A stretch of DNA of 64,000 nucleotides from Candidatus Peribacteria bacterium. Its GTDB lineage: Bacteria > Patescibacteriota > Gracilibacteria > Peribacterales > Peribacteraceae. Under the pieces are notes generated by a model, which had not been told where the DNA came from, searched no databases, and saw nothing but the letters and a program-made list of their open reading frames with translations. Shown here one piece after another: positions 36,142 to 44,403 of the stretch (the stretch's first letter is position 1; every line of letters begins with the position of its first letter). The DNA lies in the NCBI GenBank assembly GCA_041691135.1, contig JBEPVF010000003.1, positions 80,327 through 144,326 of the forward strand, read 5' to 3'. A program made the position numbers and the translations under genes.

Positions 36142-37752
36142 TTATGAAACAGGAACGAACCGATCAATAGTCGATTTTGGCATTCGTCCGACGCAGATCA
36201 GGAGGGTTTTCGGGGGAAGACGGTTGATAGCCGTATTTTTTCCGACGACCGTCACACGTTTGCCAAAGCCTTTGGCGAATGGTTTCGCGAGGGACGGATT
36301 GAGAAAAAAGACTTCGTCGAAGATCGGGGCAGCCGACGCGCCTAATTCGTGATGGATGCGCGCTTCGTCCTTCGATCCAAGTTCGATGATGCCGCTGGTC
36401 AGAAGTACCTTGTGGCTTTCCGGCTGCACGCGAGCCCATTCGATGGCTGCCTGAAAACTCGCTTCACTGGCATTGTGCGTATCGTCCAGAATCAGTACAC
36501 CATGTGCGGTCCGCACGTCGAAGGTGCTTTTCGGCGGTGCGAATGTTTTCAATCGTTCCTTCATTTCCGGCAGTGTCATTCCCAGGTGTTGCCCGACTGC
36601 TACGGCCAGCAACACGTTGGTGACATTATGTGCCCCATGGATAGGGACATCGAAAGATGTCTTGTTTACGTGGAAGCCGATGCCGGTATCGAGTACGTTG
36701 ACGGCTAAAGCCTGCAGATCGTCGTGCCCGGCTGTTCCGACGATCGTTGCCGGACATTTGCAGCGAGACTTCATCAGGCGGCAGGGGGCGCAGTCGCCGT
36801 TCAGGAACGCATGGCCCGTCTCCGGCAATGCTTCGAGCAGTTCACTCTTGGCATCAATCAGCGCTTGCTGTGAACCGAACAGAGCCAGATGCTGTGAACC
36901 GATATAGGTGATCACGCCCATCGTCGGTTGGACGATCGAACAGAGGTTCTTGATCTCGCCTTTGGCGTACGCGCCCATCTCGATAATGAGGATCCGTGGC
37001 GCCGATTTGTCTGTCACTTGTGGCTTCTGCAGTTGCTTGGTCAGCCATTGCGCCACTCCCATTTCCGTATTCACATGCGCCGGTGTCACCAGCGGCTGGC
37101 GGTCGGCCAGCAGATGGGCGAGAAGTTCTTTCGTCGTGGTCTTGCCAACGCTGCCCGTGATGCCGATCACCATCATGTCGCGTTGAGCACGCAGCACGGT
37201 GGCCTTCTGTATGATGCGATGCTTCAAAATCCGGTCGATGGGGGAGAAAGCCAGCCACGAGAGAACGATAGCTACCGGTTGCAGTAATACGAGGAAGGGA
37301 ATCAGCGGAAGACTGGAGGTCCAGATAAGGACGGCGATGGTTGCTGCGTCGAGCAGGCCGGCACCCAGCGTCACTGCCAAAGATTTCTGAGTCCATTTTG
37401 GTATACGTTGCGCATGACGCACAAATTGAACAACAGTCAGCAGGCCGAGCAGTACGGGTGTGAGATAGACGGACAGAGCGAAGTAGCCGAGCAACGCAAA
37501 TGAATGCTCGTTCGATGCCGTCCGTTCCAGAAATGCGACCACAATCCACCACGCGACATACAGGGCGACGATCAACGGCCGCGTCCAGCCAAATAGCGTC
37601 CGAAAAATGCCTTCGCGCTGCAAGTGTTCGCGTAAACGGTCCCAACGCCACTCCTTCAATTGCCACAAGTAACTCAGTGTGAGTAGTGGCGACAGGCAGG
37701 CCAACAGCGATAGGGCGGCAATGCCAATGGTGATGTCAGGAGGGGGAGTCAT
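36142..37752 (-). CDS. murF: MurF-like Mur ligase with an N-terminal membrane domain
   Basis: IGITGSVGKTTTKE, NTEMGV, IEMGAY..GEI, AKSEL, LDDTHNAS, GIIELG; about 170-aa TM-rich extension. Confidence 0.82.
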   Translation of the reverse strand: MTPPPDITIGIAALSLLACLSPLLTLSYLWQLKEWRWDRLREHLQREGIFRTLFGWTRPLIVALYVAWWIVVAFLERTASNEHSFALLGYFALSVYLTPVLLGLLTVVQFVRHAQRIPKWTQKSLAVTLGAGLLDAATIAVLIWTSSLPLIPFLVLLQPVAIVLSWLAFSPIDRILKHRIIQKATVLRAQRDMMVIGITGSVGKTTTKELLAHLLADRQPLVTPAHVNTEMGVAQWLTKQLQKPQVTDKSAPRILIIEMGAYAKGEIKNLCSIVQPTMGVITYIGSQHLALFGSQQALIDAKSELLEALPETGHAFLNGDCAPCRLMKSRCKCPATIVGTAGHDDLQALAVNVLDTGIGFHVNKTSFDVPIHGAHNVTNVLLAVAVGQHLGMTLPEMKERLKTFAPPKSTFDVRTAHGVLILDDTHNASEASFQAAIEWARVQPESHKVLLTSGIIELGSKDEARIHHELGASAAPIFDEVFFLNPSLAKPFAKGFGKRVTVVGKNTAINRLPPKTLLICVGRMPKSTIDRFVPVS

Positions 37753-38474
37753 ACTTGGTTGGCACGGATGACAGCGGCAATATCCGCCGCCCGGTCCCGG
37801 TGCACACGATGCCGTATGCCGGGGAACAAGTGGAGCTTGCTGCCGGGGATTTTTTCATGCATCAACTTTCCGTCACTCACCGGTGTCATCCCGTCATCAA
37901 TGCCCCAGAAAATATCGGTCGGGACATGGATGCTTGGCAGCAGACTGCGCAGATCTTCGCGTGTCACATTGATGAGTGTCTGCCGCATCACCGGACTGGC
38001 TTTTTCGTAGTCGTGGACGCGGACCAGTTTGTAGAGAAGTTTTTTGCCAAGCGGTTCCAGTACCCTCAAACCGGGGACCGAGAGGAAGAACTTCCCGGCT
38101 TTGGCCATTGTGAGGCCGATCACACGTTTGATGTGGCGCGGATGATGAATGCCTGCAGCAGCACACAGGTACAAGTGCTCGATCGGCGGCGTTCCCCGTG
38201 CTGCCATTTTGATCGCGATGCGTCCGCCGTGGGAATGGCCAATCAGGAAGAGTTTTTGAGTTTGGAAGTCCGGAACCTCTTTTCTCAGATACTGCAGGAC
38301 CCATTCGACATAGTCGTCCGTTGTCCATGCCGTCGGCGGCTCCGGCTGGGCGCCAAAGCCAGGCAGATCGGGTGCCAGAATTTTTATATCCACATCCTTG
38401 AGTGCATCACGCAGTTCGTTCCACGACGATGTATCGCCGCCCCAGCCGTGCAGGCAGAGGAGAAGGGGAGTCAT
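37749..38474 (-). CDS. Alpha/beta fold hydrolase
   Basis: LHGWGG, DLPGFG, GHSHGG nucleophile elbow, WG.DD..TP, C-terminal His. Confidence 0.92.
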   Translation of the reverse strand: MTPLLLCLHGWGGDTSSWNELRDALKDVDIKILAPDLPGFGAQPEPPTAWTTDDYVEWVLQYLRKEVPDFQTQKLFLIGHSHGGRIAIKMAARGTPPIEHLYLCAAAGIHHPRHIKRVIGLTMAKAGKFFLSVPGLRVLEPLGKKLLYKLVRVHDYEKASPVMRQTLINVTREDLRSLLPSIHVPTDIFWGIDDGMTPVSDGKLMHEKIPGSKLHLFPGIRHRVHRDRAADIAAVIRANQV

Positions 38475-38502
38475 GAGAGGAGTATAGCTTTGATTGGGGG
38501 TG

Positions 38503-38566
38503 GGTGACGAGGACGAAGTGGTGATAAGGAACCGAGGTGACCGATGTAACTGAGGAAACCGAGGAT
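38503..38566. repeat. 9-bp-periodic repeats (one arm)
   Basis: ggaaccgag-gtgaccgat-gtaactgag-gaaaccgag directly after the GIY-YIG gene stop. Confidence 0.7.
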
Positions 38567-38569
38567 CTC

Positions 38570-38875
38570 TTAGTTTCTGGAATAGTGAAGTTCTTTACCC
38601 AGAATCAGTTTTTCCTTTTGAGCTTTTCTCCATTTCTTCACCGCTGCTTCGCGCTTTAACGCCTCGGACTTCGTCCCGAACGCTTCGTTGTACACGATGC
38701 GTATCGGTTGTCGGCTGCGGGTGTATTTTGCTCCTGTTCCGGCATTATGCGCCGCTTCGCGGTCCGTAAGATTGTTACAGTAGCCGGCGTACAGTGAATC
38801 ATCGGCGCAGCGGGCCAGATAAAAATAGAAGAACGATTTCTTCTTCGCAGGTTTTTTAGCCGTAAACTTACGCAT
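38570..38875 (-). CDS. GIY-YIG nuclease family protein (UPF0213/YhbQ-like)
   Basis: YFYLARCADDSLYAGY...R...HNAG.GAKYTRSR.P...SEALKRE..VKKW. Confidence 0.9.
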   Translation of the reverse strand: MRKFTAKKPAKKKSFFYFYLARCADDSLYAGYCNNLTDREAAHNAGTGAKYTRSRQPIRIVYNEAFGTKSEALKREAAVKKWRKAQKEKLILGKELHYSRN

Positions 38876-39257
38876 GGCCGCCCGGCGAACAGGATGCCTG
38901 TGCCAAGCCCACCGCTGTGACGCAGGTCCACACATCTGGTCCGGTAGCCGTCTTGGTCGGTCCCCAGACGGTGCCGTCGCCTGCCGTTAAATCACACCAT
39001 TCGCCGGTGGAAGACGGTGGCAGTCCGATGTAGTGCGTGGTGCCGTATTCGTCGAATTGTTCGTAATCCGGCCGCATCAGATTGATGCCGTCTTTGGTAT
39101 GCGGTTTGGTGGTGCAGATAATTTTGTTCACATCGACATGTTGCACAGCAAGACGGTGCATGAGATAGGGATAGCCAAGTACGGCTGCATACCCCACCAA
39201 TGCGAGGACGATGATGCGCGTGGTGAAACCTTGTACTCCGTCGAACATGCTTTTCAT
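38868..39257 (-). CDS. Hypothetical membrane-anchored protein with four Cys
   Basis: Start placed at MKSMFDG (39257), one TM, overlaps the GIY-YIG start; the upstream part of the ORF overlaps the next gene. Confidence 0.6.
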   Translation of the reverse strand: MKSMFDGVQGFTTRIIVLALVGYAAVLGYPYLMHRLAVQHVDVNKIICTTKPHTKDGINLMRPDYEQFDEYGTTHYIGLPPSSTGEWCDLTAGDGTVWGPTKTATGPDVWTCVTAVGLAQASCSPGGHA

Positions 39258-39289
39258 CGTAGCAACCTTGTCCCGTATCTTCCAGTTGA

Positions 39290-39952
39290 TCAAATGTCCG
39301 TAATCTCGTTGATCAATGCATTGGGTTTGTCGTCTCGATGGGTGCGAGTCGTGGGGTGAGTCAGTTGTTTCGGATGTCCGTACCGGGCGATCAACACGAT
39401 CAGGAACGAACACAGCAGCATGCCCGCGATCCAGAACAGCAGCTGTTCCAACGGTCCCGTCACGCCAAACTGCAGTTGGGGCGGATAGGGAGAAGGCCCG
39501 CGCAACAAGACGAAAATACAGCTGGTGCCGAGCAGGAAGTAATAATCGAGCGGGAAATGTCCGGCCCAGGTGCGAAACCACCAGATGTATCCGCGCATGA
39601 ATCTTTGCCAGCCGAAGTATGGATTCAGCAGGAACCACAGGAAGTCCCAAAATACAAAGTACTCGCAGAAGCTGGCGAGCAGTGTCCATTCCAATGACCA
39701 CGTCCATCCGATGAACAGGATGGGAAAGTGGAACATCAGCAATTGAACGATGTTGAGGTACAGGTGATAGCCCGTCAGCGGCTTACCGTTATTCAAAAAA
39801 CTGAGCCACTTGGATTCCACTTTCCATGTCGGCAGAGCCGTCGCCCATCCGTGCGGGCCTTCGATCTGAATCTCGAACAGCGCTGTTACAATCGACAGGA
39901 CCAGGATGAACAGCTGCAGGATAAGGAGAAATACAGGACTCTCGTAGGGCAT
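39290..39952 (-). CDS. Conserved hypothetical membrane protein
   Basis: EIQIEG.HGWA..LPTW, KPLTGYH, DFLWFLLNP motifs; multi-TM. Confidence 0.78.
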   Translation of the reverse strand: MPYESPVFLLILQLFILVLSIVTALFEIQIEGPHGWATALPTWKVESKWLSFLNNGKPLTGYHLYLNIVQLLMFHFPILFIGWTWSLEWTLLASFCEYFVFWDFLWFLLNPYFGWQRFMRGYIWWFRTWAGHFPLDYYFLLGTSCIFVLLRGPSPYPPQLQFGVTGPLEQLLFWIAGMLLCSFLIVLIARYGHPKQLTHPTTRTHRDDKPNALINEITDI

Positions 39953-40076
39953 GCGCAGAGAGTACCCCCATTTTGTCCGCGTTTCACCTCTTGAATGTTC
40001 CGGTGACTATATTTCAGTTCTGTGTAGTGATGGAATGGGACGTTGCTCCACAATTTTTGTAAGATGTTTTGTTGGG

Positions 40077-40187
40077 CAGTTCGACTGCGCTGCGGCTCCG
40101 CTCACTGTCATTCGCTTCGGCAAAGAATGGCCGGAGCGCTGGAGCGCGACGACCATGAGCGAGGCGCCAGAGCGCCGAGTCGAATGG
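40077..40187. repeat. tRNA-adjacent palindrome pair (TTCGAC...GCTCA family)
   Basis: cagTTCGACTgcgctgcggctcCGCTCActg and ccaTGAGCGaggcgccagagcgccgAGTCGAAtgg; the second abuts the tRNA CCA. Confidence 0.75.
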
Positions 40188-40260
40188 TGCCACCGGCCGG
40201 GATTGAACCGGCGACCCCGGGCTTATGAGTCCCGTGCTCTACCAACTGAGCTACAGTGGC
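40185..40260 (-). tRNA. tRNA with CAT anticodon (elongator Met or Ile2)
   Basis: GCCACTGTAGCTCAGTTGGTAGAGCACGGGA-CT-CAT-AA-GCCCGGGGTCGCCGGTTCAATCCCGGCCGGTGGCACCA; G1-C72 pair, so not the initiator; A31-G39 mismatch. Confidence 0.92.
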
Positions 40261-40335
40261 ATGTAATGAAAAGGTCATTTCGATTCGCCTGCCACGAGCT
40301 AGTCTTGTTTCCTGACGCCCGCGCGGCGGGCTAGG

Positions 40336-40356
40336 CAACTGAGCTACAGTGGCATG
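40336..40356 (-). repeat. 21-bp duplicate of the tRNA(CAT) 5' end
   Basis: caactgagctacagtggcatg is identical at 40243-40263 and 40336-40356. Confidence 0.9.
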
Positions 40357-40563
40357 GACGTGGATTATGAATCAAGAAGGCTGATTTATGAAGGGATTTT
40401 AGATGAGGAACGTAAAGCCGTTCCAGAGGACGCAAAACCCCTTTGATCTCGCCCGGACTGATGTTATTGCATTGTTGAGATTCGCGTAGTTGCCAAGAGA
40501 ATTGCAACGAAGTTTCGGCATTCACGTCATAGAAACTGATGTATTTTTTTCCTCTTTATTTCT

Positions 40564-40752
40564 ATGGCACAAATGTATGGACCCAAGGCGCAGAGCAAAA
40601 TGAAGAAAGTCATGCATGAATACAATCGGGGAAAACTCAAGAGTGGCAACTCCAACACAAAAGTAAAAAGTCGCAAGCAAGCAGTAGCGATCGGCCTCAG
40701 CGAAGCGCGTAAGGCTGGCGCAAAAGTCCCAGCCCGGTCGAGGCGGAAGTGA
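40564..40752 (+). CDS. Small basic protein (DUF6496-like)
   Basis: KVMHEYNRGKLKSG...KVKSRKQAVAIGLSEARKAGAKVP. Confidence 0.85.
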   Translation: MAQMYGPKAQSKMKKVMHEYNRGKLKSGNSNTKVKSRKQAVAIGLSEARKAGAKVPARSRRK

Positions 40753-40825
40753 AGAGAAAGTGGACCATTGCGCTTGGCGGTCAAACAGCTTACGATGCAA
40801 TCCTACTCATTTTCCTTATTTTTCT

Positions 40826-41047
40826 ATGAAGCGTTCTTCGCTCCTCTTGGGTGCTGCCGTGTTCTCGCTCGCACTCGGCGCCTGTTCTTCTTCCGGTACG
40901 CCAACGGCGACCGACGGTACGACGAATGTCTCTTCTGATGAGGCAACGTCTGCAATGATGCAGGACACGTCGTCCGTGCCCGACGCCATGACTGGCGACA
41001 CGATATCGGCCGATGGAACTGTTATGTCGGCAAGCTCGGCATACTAA
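40826..41047 (+). CDS. Small Ser/Thr/Asp-rich lipoprotein
   Basis: MKRSSLLLGAAVFSLALGA-C lipobox, low-complexity tail. Confidence 0.75.
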   Translation: MKRSSLLLGAAVFSLALGACSSSGTPTATDGTTNVSSDEATSAMMQDTSSVPDAMTGDTISADGTVMSASSAY

Positions 41048-41127
41048 GTTCGACATCTCTGCTAATCAGTGTTCGTTACAAGAGAGGAGGTATAGGATAG
41101 ATCCTGTACTTCCTCTTTTTCATACTC

Positions 41128-41739
41128 ATGAAACGTCTCATCTTCCCTGTCGTCCTCAGCGTGGGACTCATCATTCTGGCGGGTGTGAAAACGCATGAAC
41201 TTCTGAATGCCAAGAATCCGGACCCGAATCATTCGCATGCCGATTTTGCCGTGTGGATCGATCGCAAGCAGCTCGACTTTTCGGCCGACAAATACATGAC
41301 AAAACCCGGCTTGGATGACACATTGCCAGCCGGTGATCCACGGAAGTACTTCCACCTGCACGATGGGAACGGCCATGTGATTCACCGGCACAAGCCCGGT
41401 TTGGGGTTGGATGAATTCTTCAAGACCATCGGCTTCACACTCACCGACAGTTGCCTCACGCTCGATACGAACGAAAAGGTGTGTACGACTCCCGACGGCT
41501 CAAAAGCATGGCGCATGTATGTAAACGGCGTGGAGCTGTCGCCGGTAAAGCCGCAGTATGTTTTTCAGGATGACGATGCCATTCTGCTGACTTACGGTCC
41601 CAACGATTCGGCGGAAGTGCGAAAGGAACTCAATGCCATGTCGCACGATGCCTGCCTGTACTCGCAAACCTGTCCGTGGCGCGGCAAGCCGCCGACGGAG
41701 AATTGCATTGCTGATCCGGAGGTGCCGTGTAAAGCATAA
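41128..41739 (+). CDS. Hypothetical exported His/Cys-rich protein (possible metal binding)
   Basis: N-terminal TM; HSHADF, FHLHDG.GHVIHRH; six Cys. Confidence 0.78.
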   Translation: MKRLIFPVVLSVGLIILAGVKTHELLNAKNPDPNHSHADFAVWIDRKQLDFSADKYMTKPGLDDTLPAGDPRKYFHLHDGNGHVIHRHKPGLGLDEFFKTIGFTLTDSCLTLDTNEKVCTTPDGSKAWRMYVNGVELSPVKPQYVFQDDDAILLTYGPNDSAEVRKELNAMSHDACLYSQTCPWRGKPPTENCIADPEVPCKA

Positions 41740-41866
41740 AAGGTGACCGAAGACGCAGAAGTGACCGAGGTGGCAGAGGATTTACGTGCAAAAGAATAGT
41801 AAGAGGATAATTCCTCGTACTTCTTTTCGTCGGTCACTTCTGCCACCTCGGTCACATCGGTCACCT
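41740..41866. repeat. 9-bp-periodic degenerate inverted repeat between convergent genes
   Basis: gtgaccgaa-gacgcagaa-gtgaccgag-gtggcagag ... gtcggtcac-ttctgccac-ctcggtcac-atcggtcac. Confidence 0.88.
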
Positions 41867-43282
41867 CACTAACACATCCGCCCTCAGCATTCCCATCGAA
41901 CAGGTGAGCACGAAATCATGTTGGGGATTCATGATCGGGCCGAGCCAGTTGGTGCCGACATTGATAGGGACCTCCAGGTTATGCGAGGCGTCGACCAGGT
42001 ACGCAGCGCAGCCGCTGACGGGTTTTTGGGCGATGGCGTAGATCCAGGTTTCCTGGCCTTTGTGAATGGTGAACGTATTCGGACTGTAGCCGCTGTCGGT
42101 GACATACATGACAATAATCTGGTGTCCCTGGGCATCGGTGCTGACATAGGGATCCTTTATGAGCTGGCCCTGTATCGATGTCGGCATGAGCGTTCGTTCG
42201 ATCAGACCTTCGGCATCGACGCCGGTCAGCAGAAGTCCGCTGTTGATATTCACCAGTCCCAGAAGCAGGACGACAGTACCGGAGAAGCGCAGGAATGTTC
42301 GTGCAGCGCGCCCTTCGAGAACTGTACTGATCACGCTGATGCTGAGTAGAGAGGGGAGCGTGCCCAGTGCGAAGGTGAGCATGATGAGTCCGCCGTGCAA
42401 GAAACTTCCCGAACCCAGTGCCAGTACCTGCATCGACTGCGTGAATCCGCAGGGGACAAAGAAAGTGAGCGCCCCGAGTGCCAGTGGCATGGCAGGGTTC
42501 TGCGAGGCCGAGAGCGCCTGAATGCGGCGCATCATGCTTTTCGGGAGCGGAAGTGTGCAGTAGCGTTTGGGCAGTATGCGGAGGATGTTCAGGCCCAATA
42601 TAACCATGACGATGGCAATGATGATCGTCAGAATGCCGGTCATCTTGGGACTCAGCGTCAGCACCTTGCCGGCCAGTCCCACCAGTCCGCCCAAGAGGAA
42701 ATAGCCGCCCAAACGACCGACGTTGAACAACAGCATCGGCTGAAATTTGGTCCATCGATCCGCTTGTTCATGGGCCTCCGCCCATTTGGCAGAAACCGAC
42801 AGCAGCAGGCCGCCTACCAGTGCCAGGCAACTGGATGTGGCAGCGACGAGACCGATCGTGAAGATACTGCCGAAGCCGAGAGCGCCTTCGATATTGGACG
42901 AAAAACTGAAGACGTGAAACGTGCGAAAGATGTAAAACAGAGCAATGACGAGAACCAGCATCCCACCCACTTCGATCCAATTGATGCCGGTTGGTTCCGG
43001 AGCAGATGGGGCTGGCGATACGACAGCGATTGGTGCAAGCGTCTGCAACGTATAGGGTGAATCAGTGAGGACCGATCGCAGCGTGGAAAGACCGATGCGT
43101 TTCGTTGAAAAAATCTCCACTTCGCCGCGTCGTTCACTTGCGCGGACATCGGTGACACCGGCGACTTCTGCCAGCTTTTGCTCGATCAGCAGCTCACAGC
43201 TGCGGCAGGTCATGCCACGTACGCCATACAGTTGACGATACGTTTTGACAGGCGAAGTCTGTGGCTTCTTGGCTGACATCAT
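41861..43282 (-). CDS. HMA + DsbD_2/TauE-like membrane domain + cupredoxin-like domain protein
   Basis: GMTCRSC HMA motif; SCLALVGG, FNVGRL, FFVPCGFTQSMQ, FALGTLP; C-terminal GC...CSMGM. Confidence 0.88.
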   Translation of the reverse strand: MMSAKKPQTSPVKTYRQLYGVRGMTCRSCELLIEQKLAEVAGVTDVRASERRGEVEIFSTKRIGLSTLRSVLTDSPYTLQTLAPIAVVSPAPSAPEPTGINWIEVGGMLVLVIALFYIFRTFHVFSFSSNIEGALGFGSIFTIGLVAATSSCLALVGGLLLSVSAKWAEAHEQADRWTKFQPMLLFNVGRLGGYFLLGGLVGLAGKVLTLSPKMTGILTIIIAIVMVILGLNILRILPKRYCTLPLPKSMMRRIQALSASQNPAMPLALGALTFFVPCGFTQSMQVLALGSGSFLHGGLIMLTFALGTLPSLLSISVISTVLEGRAARTFLRFSGTVVLLLGLVNINSGLLLTGVDAEGLIERTLMPTSIQGQLIKDPYVSTDAQGHQIIVMYVTDSGYSPNTFTIHKGQETWIYAIAQKPVSGCAAYLVDASHNLEVPINVGTNWLGPIMNPQHDFVLTCSMGMLRADVLVR

Positions 43283-43304
43283 GGCTATTGTAACATCCAA
43301 ACAA

Positions 43305-43370
43305 AGCACGAAGCACTAAATTGGAAATTCGAATTTTCCTGGCTCCTGGCTCTTGGTTCTTCGTACTTCT
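43305..43370. repeat. 7-bp-periodic repeats
   Basis: agcacga-agcacta-aattgga-aattcga ... cctggct-cctggct-cttggtt-cttcgta. Confidence 0.7.
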
Positions 43371-43386
43371 CTTCTATACTTCACGT

Positions 43387-43905
43387 ATGACCGATCCGCA
43401 GTCTACCGACGAAACAGATGCTCCGTTGCCAGATGATGGCACTATCGCTGAGTTGGAGGCGAAAGTTGCCGAGTTGACCGAACAGGTGGCTGCGTTCACC
43501 GGCTTGGCGGCACGTTCCCAGGCCGATCTACAGAATGCCAAGCAACGCATGGAGCGTGATGCGCGCGACCTTCGTCAGTTTGCAGCCGAATCAATCCTCG
43601 TGCGGCTGTTGCCGACGATCGACAACTTCCAGCGTGCCTTTCAGCATCTGCCGGAGGATCTCAAGAATCATGAATGGGTGAAGGGAGTCGCGGGAATCGA
43701 GCAGGATCTGGTCAAACAAGTGTCCGAGATGGGCCTGAAGAAGATCGAATCTCTCGGTCAGCCCGTCGATACGCACCGTCACGAAGTGATCACGACCGGC
43801 GAAGGTGAGGAAGGGGAGATTACCGAGGTGTTCGAAGAAGGCTACGAGCTCAACGGCAAAGTGATCCGTCCGGCTAAGGTGAAAGTGGGAGTGGGGAAGA
43901 AATAG
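43387..43905 (+). CDS. grpE: Nucleotide exchange factor GrpE
   Basis: ADLQNAKQR, LLPTIDNFQRA, HEVI, GYELNGKVIRPAKVKVG. Confidence 0.95.
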   Translation: MTDPQSTDETDAPLPDDGTIAELEAKVAELTEQVAAFTGLAARSQADLQNAKQRMERDARDLRQFAAESILVRLLPTIDNFQRAFQHLPEDLKNHEWVKGVAGIEQDLVKQVSEMGLKKIESLGQPVDTHRHEVITTGEGEEGEITEVFEEGYELNGKVIRPAKVKVGVGKK

Positions 43906-43977
43906 TGATCGCATGGTGAAGTAATTCGTGAAGAATGTGCTTTGCTAATACGTCAGCAGTCGTATCCTTGTGTGTAT

Positions 43978-44400
43978 ATGGTCGAAAATGAGCCGCTCTT
44001 GTCACCGGAAAGTCCGGGCCTTCCGAAGCTTGAAGAAGGCGGCGATATCAACGTTCTCACTCCGCATCGTACGGTTGTACGAAAGGCGATAGAGCAGGTG
44101 TACATACCGCCCTGGAAGGAAACTCTTGCCCGCAAGTTGCAAGTCGATGATGCATTCACATTGCCAGACATGCTTCAGTTACTGGAAATGCTCATGGCAA
44201 GGATTTCTCAGGCCAATCACCGAACATTGGCCTCGATTCAGATTGATTTGGAGCAGCAGCCTGATCTTGATCGGCAGGCGTATCTTTTAACAATGGGGAT
44301 AAGGCCTTTGCTGCAGCGGATCGACATGTTCAAATATGCGTTGGCACACAGATCGGCTAGGGCCATAGAGGCTTTGCATAGGCACTTGAAGGGGTCTTAA
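43978..44400 (+). CDS. Hypothetical protein
   Basis: Helical-looking ORF filling the gap between grpE and murD; no motif. Confidence 0.55.
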   Translation: MVENEPLLSPESPGLPKLEEGGDINVLTPHRTVVRKAIEQVYIPPWKETLARKLQVDDAFTLPDMLQLLEMLMARISQANHRTLASIQIDLEQQPDLDRQAYLLTMGIRPLLQRIDMFKYALAHRSARAIEALHRHLKGS

Positions 44401-44403
44401 CGC

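Noticed and set aside
39258-39707. N-terminal part of the 279-aa ORF 38868-39707
   Set aside because: Overlaps the better-supported membrane-protein gene 39290-39952 in another frame.
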